Position numbers and translations under genes: made by a program
Source of the DNA: a virus
Lineage: Duplodnaviria > Caudoviricetes
DNA: 31,613 nucleotides
Reading direction: 5' to 3' (one strand)
IMG/VR virus record: IMGVR_UViG_3300037484_000865
Span: 1 to 31,613 of that record
Shown here: piece after piece, positions 18,802 through 25,624 of the stretch
How positions within the stretch are numbered: position 1 is the stretch's first letter
Layout of the letters: each line of letters opens with the position of its first letter
The notes under the pieces: generated by a model
The model's database searches: none
Told to the model about the DNA's origin: nothing
Seen by the model: only the letters and a program-made list of their open reading frames with translations

Positions 18802-20711
18802 TACATTTTCCTCCGCATCCCTAACCACATGCCTTTAAACATACTCTTTGTCAGGGACGGAGCGCCGCCCTGGCTCACAAAGCGAAACTCACCAAGCGTG
18901 ACATTATCAACAACATTGATCCCTCCCAGGAATAGTGCGGCGACGGTTACAGCGTCACCAACCGTTATTCCATCCGTTACAGACACGTTGATCTCACCCA
19001 ACGCCGTTACGGATACGCCAATGCTATCACTGACCGTCACCCCGTCCGAGATCGTGATCGTCATAGTGCTCATCGACGCAGTGTGGCTCTCGCCAACCGT
19101 TATCCCGTCTGTTACAGATACGTTGATCTCATCCAACGCGACTACAGATACGCCGATGTTCTCACCGATCGTCGCGCCATCCGAGATCGTGATGGTTATG
19201 TCGCCGATCGCTAAAGCATGGCTCTCGCCAACCGTAACAGCATCGGTTACGTTTACAGACGCACTACCGATACTTAGAGACGCCGCATCTGCCACAGTAA
19301 CATTGTCTGTTGTGGCAACAGCAAGGATAATTCCGCCAGATACAGACTCGCCAACCGTACTACCATCCGACACGCTGATAGCAAGATCGCTGATAATAAA
19401 CGATACGGACTCGCCAACCGTCACGCCTTCTGTGATGGCAATGTATGATGTGCCAACCGTTGGCAAAATTACATTTGGAAGATCGCCAACCGCCGTGTTG
19501 TCAGTGACGTCTACCTGCGCCGTGGAGAGCAGGGTATCAGACAATTCACCAACCGTTACGCCATCACTTACGTTGACATTCGCGGGTGTGGCAGTTGTAA
19601 CAGAAACAGTCGCGCTATCAGAAACGGTTGTATCATCCGAAACATTAATAAGCGCTGCGCCAATCGAGGCGAGACTGGACTCACCAACCGTCACACCATC
19701 ACTGATGTTCACACTCGCGGGTGGGGGCGCTGTAACAGAAACGGTTACGCTGTCCGAAACGGTCGTATCATCCGAAACATTAATAAGTGCTGTGCTAATC
19801 GCGGCAAGGCTTGACTCGCCAACGGTTACGCCATCCGTCTCTCCAATAGCAGCATTTGAAACCGCCACGATTGCGCTCTCTCCAACCGTGACACTTTCTG
19901 TTCCCGAAACAGCGTGAGTCGAAGAAACCACAACAACAGACTCACCAACAGTAACACCATCAGAAGCAGTAATAACATATGGCACGCCTCCCAGCGGTCC
20001 AATTTCTGCGCCATTTGTGTTGACGATAATTTCATCAACGTAATACGTGCCAAGGATGTTATCCGTTGGTGAAAGAAATCCAGCGACCACCATGTATAGA
20101 TCATCAAAACGATCCCAGTTATCGATCCCGGTAATCGTCTCAAACAGCACATTGTCTACCCACATGCGCATCTGCCCGTTTGATGCGGTGTCGTTGGTTG
20201 CACGCTGGATCTCGATCTCCAGCATGTGCGTGTCATCGTCAATCAGGCTGTGTTGCGAATGGTTGGCTCCAGCCGCATCATCCAGGATAACGCCAACCAG
20301 CGCATAGCTGGAGTCGTCTCCTTCACGGACAAGCTGCATGGACGTAATCGTTTCTGTGGTACTTGAATTGACAAGGTACAGAAAAGTTACGGACGCACCC
20401 GCCTCAATGTCCACGCCGTTCGGATCAATATACGCCCTGACACGCAGTACGCCCGTTGTGCTGGCCGTACCCAGCACGGCATACGCGTAAATAAGCGTCT
20501 GGCTGTTTACAAAGACAGACAGGCCATAATTCGTACCCACAAGCGCGGCTTGCGCCGTAACGCTTAGACGACCTCCATCCGTAGATGAGGCCGTATATTC
20601 AGAGAAGTCGCCTTCCTCGTGGTCGATGTCCCATATCGGTCCACCGCTTTTCGGAGCGAAGAACGGCCTTTTCTGAAAGCGCCGGACAGGAATACGAAAT
20701 ATACCTGTCAT
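18801..20711 (-). CDS. Putative accessory fibre protein: basic N-tag, LamG-like domain, 17 acidic S/T/V repeats, basic C-tag
   Basis: Repeat consensus [VI][ST]DG[VI]TVGES every 20-24 aa, read directly from the translation. Confidence 0.7.
   Translation of the reverse strand: MTGIFRIPVRRFQKRPFFAPKSGGPIWDIDHEEGDFSEYTASSTDGGRLSVTAQAALVGTNYGLSVFVNSQTLIYAYAVLGTASTTGVLRVRAYIDPNGVDIEAGASVTFLYLVNSSTTETITSMQLVREGDDSSYALVGVILDDAAGANHSQHSLIDDDTHMLEIEIQRATNDTASNGQMRMWVDNVLFETITGIDNWDRFDDLYMVVAGFLSPTDNILGTYYVDEIIVNTNGAEIGPLGGVPYVITASDGVTVGESVVVVSSTHAVSGTESVTVGESAIVAVSNAAIGETDGVTVGESSLAAISTALINVSDDTTVSDSVTVSVTAPPPASVNISDGVTVGESSLASIGAALINVSDDTTVSDSATVSVTTATPANVNVSDGVTVGELSDTLLSTAQVDVTDNTAVGDLPNVILPTVGTSYIAITEGVTVGESVSFIISDLAISVSDGSTVGESVSGGIILAVATTDNVTVADAASLSIGSASVNVTDAVTVGESHALAIGDITITISDGATIGENIGVSVVALDEINVSVTDGITVGESHTASMSTMTITISDGVTVSDSIGVSVTALGEINVSVTDGITVGDAVTVAALFLGGINVVDNVTLGEFRFVSQGGAPSLTKSMFKGMWLGMRRKM
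18880..19970 (-). repeat. Degenerate tandem coding repeat (17 units of ~60-72 bp, with 135-bp higher-order doublets)
   Basis: Recurrent (C)TC(G/A)CCAACCGT on the + strand. Units 3-4/5-6 and 12-13/14-15 are near duplicates. Confidence 0.85.
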
Positions 20712-20712
20712 G

Positions 20713-21180
20713 TTAAAGCTCGGCTACGTAAAGTGTCCCACCCATTGTTAGCGCATCCGCAGGTGCAGCCATCAACCGAACCACTATCGTTGTGTTTCCC
20801 TGGTTCGCCACTGGCGTCATCTCCGGGGGCCAGATCAAAGCCAGACCAGAACGGATATTGAACGCGCCAGCATGAATGTCAACCGCAGTACCCGCGCTTG
20901 CGATGGTGGTGTTGTTAATCTCACAGGCAAAGCCAGCCGCCGCATCACCAGGATCCATCGGGCGCGGCGTGGCCGTTGAACCGCCTGAGCCGCTGGTAGT
21001 ATGCCCACGAATGATCTTATAGCGCAACAGTTCCTCTGCCGCGTCGCCAACGTCGCTGCTCTGATCGATGTAAAGCGCCAGCAGGACGATCGGGTGATCG
21101 TCTGCTGGAGTCAGTTCAAAGAAGTCCTGGGCCGCACTGACCGCTACATTTTCAAATGAAACCGAATATACACGAGCCAT
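20713..21180 (-). CDS. Small beta-rich putative virion protein, 155 aa
   Basis: GAGGT SD; Ala/Thr-rich, jelly-roll-like alternating pattern; operon context. Confidence 0.6.
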   Translation of the reverse strand: MARVYSVSFENVAVSAAQDFFELTPADDHPIVLLALYIDQSSDVGDAAEELLRYKIIRGHTTSGSGGSTATPRPMDPGDAAAGFACEINNTTIASAGTAVDIHAGAFNIRSGLALIWPPEMTPVANQGNTTIVVRLMAAPADALTMGGTLYVAEL

Positions 21181-21191
21181 TTTTACCTCAC

Positions 21192-21818
21192 TTACCGTAT
21201 CAAGATATGCTGAATTCTACGCACCGGGTTGGGGTGCAGAAAGCTTTTTGGCGTATCCGCGACAAACGTCCCGCCGCCAAAGTCGTTAAAAGTAATCACA
21301 TTTGAGAAAGAAAAGAACGCCAGCGAGTTCATGTCCGTGTAGGAACTGTCCGACCTCGTGGTAACTTCACTCCAGCCGCCACCGCTGTCATTCATGTACA
21401 CATGAATTGTATCCGCTGCCGCGTCATAATACATCCCCAGCCCGTCGCCTGATCCAAAAGTTACCGATACTGTCGCGCCAAGCTGTACCTCGGTCGTGCC
21501 AAACGAAACCTGACGGTATATTTTGATTGAAGTACCGTCCTCTACCGACACAGAATAGCCGTGTTCCAATCCTGAGTTGAGCATATACAGCGTGAAGTTT
21601 GGCGACGCCGCTGTGGCAGTGATGTACGCCTCTATGGACGGACCGTACGTCGCGGCAACCCATGCGCTCACGTTCGCATCGGCGTTTGTATGTCCACGCA
21701 ACTGGTTGGTAATAATGTCATGCCCGTTATAGACCGTTGACCAGTTCGCCCCAGGAGGCGGCGTACTGTCGTTTGCGCGATCAAATGTGTCTAGGATACC
21801 AGTTGTCGGGAATGCCAT
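21192..21818 (-). CDS. Concanavalin/LamG-like beta-sandwich protein with basic C-terminal tail
   Basis: ILDTFDRAN..GANWS...IHVYMN...FNDFGGG pattern; ends PNPVRRIQHILIR. Confidence 0.55.
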   Translation of the reverse strand: MAFPTTGILDTFDRANDSTPPPGANWSTVYNGHDIITNQLRGHTNADANVSAWVAATYGPSIEAYITATAASPNFTLYMLNSGLEHGYSVSVEDGTSIKIYRQVSFGTTEVQLGATVSVTFGSGDGLGMYYDAAADTIHVYMNDSGGGWSEVTTRSDSSYTDMNSLAFFSFSNVITFNDFGGGTFVADTPKSFLHPNPVRRIQHILIR

Positions 21819-21824
21819 GGTCTT

Positions 21825-22607
21825 TTATCCTGGTGGTGTACCAATAACATCGTTATGAAATATCGCCCGGTCTGCAACGTACTCGTACCCGGCGCTGTGC
21901 AACGTTGTGAAACCAGCAGCGTTTGTCCCGCGATACGTTGTTCCAGACATGGACGCGTTTGTCCACTCGACTTCGTTTGTCTCCGGGATTGTGGAAGTTG
22001 TGTTTAACTTAATCCACCCCGTACTGTTTTTGCTGGCATCCCTGGAGAAGTAAAACCACACATGGTAAACCGTACCGGTAGACAGTGAAGTAGATCCATC
22101 CAGGTCTGTAAATGGGTCTGGCAAAACAGCATGTAGAATACCGGATGCGCTGACCCAAATCATTTCGTGTGGCTCGATGTAATCCGGCGCAGCCACGGCT
22201 CCCTGAGCGTTGTATGACTGGAAGATTTCTGATGTGCCAGACGGGAAATCAACAAATCGGATCATGAAGTACCCGTACGTATAGTTGACACCAGTATCGT
22301 CCGAGAACTTTGTGATCGCGTACCCGCCTTCCGAGTTGTCGTCTGTCATCCGTAGGGACTGACTTCCCCTTAGCGGGCTGACCGCATAAACCGGGTTTGT
22401 AATACCTGTATCGCCAGCATAGGTCACCCAGGTCTCTCCGTTATCAAACCCTGTGCCTGGGGTTTCAAAATTCTGATCGATAACAAATGTGGGCGGTGGC
22501 ACGCTTGGTATACCGGAAGAGATTTTTACCGACAGGGCATTGGTCGTCCTGCGGCGGATCAGGTTTGCGTTGAGTCGGAAGATTTGCGAGAGGTTATACG
22601 ATCCCAT
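21825..22607 (-). CDS. LamG-like beta-sandwich protein with basic N-terminal tail
   Basis: DQNFE..., GSQSLRM, YGYFMIRF, TGTVYHVWF and YVADR patterns; distant resemblance to the domain in 18801-20711. Confidence 0.55.
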   Translation of the reverse strand: MGSYNLSQIFRLNANLIRRRTTNALSVKISSGIPSVPPPTFVIDQNFETPGTGFDNGETWVTYAGDTGITNPVYAVSPLRGSQSLRMTDDNSEGGYAITKFSDDTGVNYTYGYFMIRFVDFPSGTSEIFQSYNAQGAVAAPDYIEPHEMIWVSASGILHAVLPDPFTDLDGSTSLSTGTVYHVWFYFSRDASKNSTGWIKLNTTSTIPETNEVEWTNASMSGTTYRGTNAAGFTTLHSAGYEYVADRAIFHNDVIGTPPG

Positions 22608-22618
22608 TGATCAAGTCC

Positions 22619-22867
22619 TTATCCTGGCCTATCACAAAGGTTGATTTTATCTTCCACGTTGATACCAAGCGTTGGTGGAGAATGCAGATCGTTTTGTACG
22701 ACTTTTTCTGGCACATCTACATCTATAATAATTCGCAGAACAACGGCGATTGAGTTTGACTCCTCGTGACAACATGAACTTCCTCCGGGCAGTTCAAACA
22801 CGTGTGCAACGCCCGGAAGGTTTTTGATTGCATCCATTACTACTTGCTTGTTTGTCGATATGCTCAT
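22619..22867 (-). CDS. Hypothetical 82-aa protein
   Basis: ATGA coupling to the upstream GT gene; GGAG SD. Confidence 0.65.
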   Translation of the reverse strand: MSISTNKQVVMDAIKNLPGVAHVFELPGGSSCCHEESNSIAVVLRIIIDVDVPEKVVQNDLHSPPTLGINVEDKINLCDRPG

Positions 22868-23661
22868 GGGAACATTTCTCCATCTGGATTACAGTGGCGG
22901 CAAAACAGGTTTGTATCTACCAGGAAAGGATACCGCTTATCCTCCAATTTGTCATCATAATCAACCCAACCCGCCTTGCGGATGTAGTCACCCTTGATTA
23001 CTTTGTCACACCAGTTCAGATCGCTTGTACCGCTGGTTACGTTCCACATGCTGGTCTCTGGATCAAACCACATATCGCGCGGCGTATAGAACAGTTTGCG
23101 GACTTCCCTACCCTTTACCGTATAAGGTTCACTGTCGTACCACATCAGCCTTAGCAAGCCCACGTGGATCAGTAAAAAGCCAGTTGGCACGCCATCGCAG
23201 TACACGTGATCTCCCATCTCCCATTCGTAGAACGCGCCCGTCCCTCTGCCGCGAAATATCAGTGGTTCGGATGGGCGGGAGCGGGTGAAGTACAGCCCTG
23301 ACACGATTGGATGAGAAGCGTCCAGCATGTATTTGTTTAAGCGGATCAACGCGTCAGGCTGTGGCACAACGTCATGTTCCCACAAAAGAAGCCATTGAAA
23401 ATCTTTCTCAATGGCGTGGGATACGATCAGGTTCTGTGCATCATCCACCTGATACCGCAGGGGGATGTACCCGTTCATAAAGTCGTACATTTGCACCCAG
23501 GACCAGTTTACCGGGATCGACTGTCCCATCCTGGCTTGCATCCATTCCACGCGCACAGAGCCGGTTGCGGCAGTACCCACCAGGATGCGATTGACATACC
23601 CGATGTCGCCGCTGTCATTCACGATGGTTCTGTATTCTAGTTTTGGATTATTGCTGTCCAT
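22864..23661 (-). CDS. GT-A fold (GT2-like) glycosyltransferase
   Basis: WLLLWEHDVVPQPDAL (DxD position read as EHD), IVSGLYFTR, GVPTGFLLIH, TSDLNWC, LVDTNLFCRH. Confidence 0.75.
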   Translation of the reverse strand: MDSNNPKLEYRTIVNDSGDIGYVNRILVGTAATGSVRVEWMQARMGQSIPVNWSWVQMYDFMNGYIPLRYQVDDAQNLIVSHAIEKDFQWLLLWEHDVVPQPDALIRLNKYMLDASHPIVSGLYFTRSRPSEPLIFRGRGTGAFYEWEMGDHVYCDGVPTGFLLIHVGLLRLMWYDSEPYTVKGREVRKLFYTPRDMWFDPETSMWNVTSGTSDLNWCDKVIKGDYIRKAGWVDYDDKLEDKRYPFLVDTNLFCRHCNPDGEMFP

Positions 23662-24193
23662 CGTTTACCTTCTCTGCCAGCTTGATCAAAACGACTTCCA
23701 AGTTTGCGGACGGATCCCAACTAATGAACTTTGGTTTCCACGGCTTTGGTTTGTAGAAACTATAGAACGGGTGCTCAGGGTTGAAGTATGCCCAGGTTGT
23801 TTCATTCAACCCGGATGAGTGGGTAGGATCTTGCAAAAAGCCGGAGGAATAGCCATGCGGTACAGCAATCGCAAACTCTCCTCCGGCCTTCATCACACGC
23901 CACACGTCGTTCATGAACTCGATCAGCGGGAAATGGGTCACAGCGTTTCCGCTGGCAGTGTACTGTATTGCCACCTTCGGGATGTGCTCCACGATATGAG
24001 AAGCAATCGCACGGAGAACGCAATCGTCTGGTAACGGCCATGGGTGGTCGTTCAAATCGCAGACAATATCGACACCAGGGAGATCCTGGATATCCAAACC
24101 GACCCAGGTTTCACCCTGCTTGTGTTCACCACAGGCAATATCCAGACTGATACCACCGTGATCACGGATAAGTTCTTCAACCTTTGTATTCAT
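23648..24193 (-). CDS. Class I SAM-dependent methyltransferase (type 11-like)
   Basis: LDIACG motif I, VGLDI, CDLN..PWPLPDD, ASHIVEHI, WRVMKAGG, DPTH. Confidence 0.85.
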   Translation of the reverse strand: MNTKVEELIRDHGGISLDIACGEHKQGETWVGLDIQDLPGVDIVCDLNDHPWPLPDDCVLRAIASHIVEHIPKVAIQYTASGNAVTHFPLIEFMNDVWRVMKAGGEFAIAVPHGYSSGFLQDPTHSSGLNETTWAYFNPEHPFYSFYKPKPWKPKFISWDPSANLEVVLIKLAEKVNDGQQ

Positions 24194-24237
24194 ATGTAAC
24201 CCTATTTGCGAGTATTGGAAAATTTGACGAGAAGGAC

Positions 24238-24693
24238 TTAGCTGAACGTAATGTTATAGGTAACATTAACGTTTTGGTTTGTCGCGCAGGACGAGGATGC
24301 ATAGGTGTTCCCGGCAAACAACGTTCCTGTAGATGACGAGTTGAACAAACCAATGTTTGAGATGTTCCGCGTATCAGTCACGAAACTGCCACCAGAGTCA
24401 AACGTGGCCGTAAACTGAACAGCAGTTGATCCACTTGTTGCGGCGGAAAGGGTAGTGCGCAGAACCACCTCACCTTGCAATGTCGTATCAGCAGCGCCAG
24501 GAACAGAGCCTGTACCAAGCGCCACGTGCGACACCTGCAAACTGCCAGCAATCGCGCCCAACGCACGAGCAAGATACAGGCTTTTGCCAAGGTTTGTGAT
24601 CTGGTTTTCTACGATACCGCTGTCGCCAACGATCTCTCCGTTTTCTTCGATTTGAACGCGGAAAAATCCTCTTACTTTGATCGAGTCATTCAT
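24238..24693 (-). CDS. Standalone tail-collar-fibre (DUF3751 / P2 gpH N-terminal-like) structural protein, 151 aa
   Basis: NQITNLGK..LA..HVALGTGS..DTTLQGEV..ISNIGLFN..GTLFA..VTYNITFS; GAGGT SD. Confidence 0.65.
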   Translation of the reverse strand: MNDSIKVRGFFRVQIEENGEIVGDSGIVENQITNLGKSLYLARALGAIAGSLQVSHVALGTGSVPGAADTTLQGEVVLRTTLSAATSGSTAVQFTATFDSGGSFVTDTRNISNIGLFNSSSTGTLFAGNTYASSSCATNQNVNVTYNITFS

Positions 24694-24707
24694 TTCGACC
24701 TCTTTTC

Positions 24708-25022
24708 CTACTTGCTCACAATTTCGTTGATTGCAATAGCCGCACCGCTGATCGCAAACGGCAAGCAGACCATTGTGAATACTGTTCCGATAATATAATA
24801 CAGTATAACGACTACAAGCGCAATCCAGACTGTATTACACAACACGCACAGCGCCATTCTTCCGATCTCCGTCTTTGCATACGGCTTGTTTAATTCGTCA
24901 TACCGCACCCCAAGGAAGTAACGCAACCTGTCCAATATCCCGTAAGGCCCAGGCTCCCATGATAGAAGGTTGCCCAGCCTATACGTGGCAAAAGACAGAA
25001 TAATCAGCGTGACCGTGTCCAA
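24708..25022 (-). CDS. DUF1360-like membrane protein with CxxC
   Basis: ATYRLGNLL..ILDRLR..LCVLCNTVW pattern and hydrophobic segments. Confidence 0.7.
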   Translation of the reverse strand: MDTVTLIILSFATYRLGNLLSWEPGPYGILDRLRYFLGVRYDELNKPYAKTEIGRMALCVLCNTVWIALVVVILYYIIGTVFTMVCLPFAISGAAIAINEIVSK

Positions 25023-25030
25023 TGGTTTCC

Positions 25031-25624
25031 CTACAGTTCATCCAGGTATTCTTTAATGATAAGGGCTTTGTTCCTGCCGATCCCCTTCACCGTCATCAGT
25101 TCCTCAATGGACAGCATCTTTAGTTCCTCGGCGGTGTGAATACCGATCAGGTTAAGTTCCTTTGTAATTACACCGGAGATGCCAGGAATTTGCTGGAGAT
25201 CGATTGTGTCCTTGATACCCATTCTAACGTAGGGTTTTTCTGCCTCCACATCTTTTGGTTCGGGATTGTTCGGGATTGGTTCGGGATTGTTCGGGATTGT
25301 TTCGACCAGTGCCGCTGGTGCTGGAGGCGTTTCCACCTTTAAACCAATAACTGGATTGGCAGCAACGGGCACGAACAACTTCGGGTTTGCGGCGATATCT
25401 GAGCGGTGTACATAAAAACGCTCCGACCCACCACCACCACGGTAGCCGTAGTTTGTTTTTGTCGAAGCACCCACGACGCGGTGCTGGCCAAGATTGGGGT
25501 GATTGTAGCTAATCAGAATAAAATCATTGTCGGACATTTGATCCACCTGTTGTTGGACCGGCTCAATAATGTGAGACGGGTTTGGGTTGGCGGCATTTTT
25601 CTTGCCACATCCAGTACAAGCCAT
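25031..25624 (-). CDS. Candidate nested in-frame gene, 197 aa (MACTGCGKK...HhH)
   Basis: AAAAGGAG, a 7-nt spacer and ATG, exactly at the boundary after the second GT2 domain. Confidence 0.6.
   Translation of the reverse strand: MACTGCGKKNAANPNPSHIIEPVQQQVDQMSDNDFILISYNHPNLGQHRVVGASTKTNYGYRGGGGSERFYVHRSDIAANPKLFVPVAANPVIGLKVETPPAPAALVETIPNNPEPIPNNPEPKDVEAEKPYVRMGIKDTIDLQQIPGISGVITKELNLIGIHTAEELKMLSIEELMTVKGIGRNKALIIKEYLDEL

Noticed and set aside
18829-19917. 362-aa + strand repeat ORF
   Set aside because: Mirror of the repeat region on the coding - strand.
18880-19970. Periodic DNA repeats as a CRISPR array
   Set aside because: The repeats are degenerate at codon third positions, lie within an ORF, and no cas genes are present.
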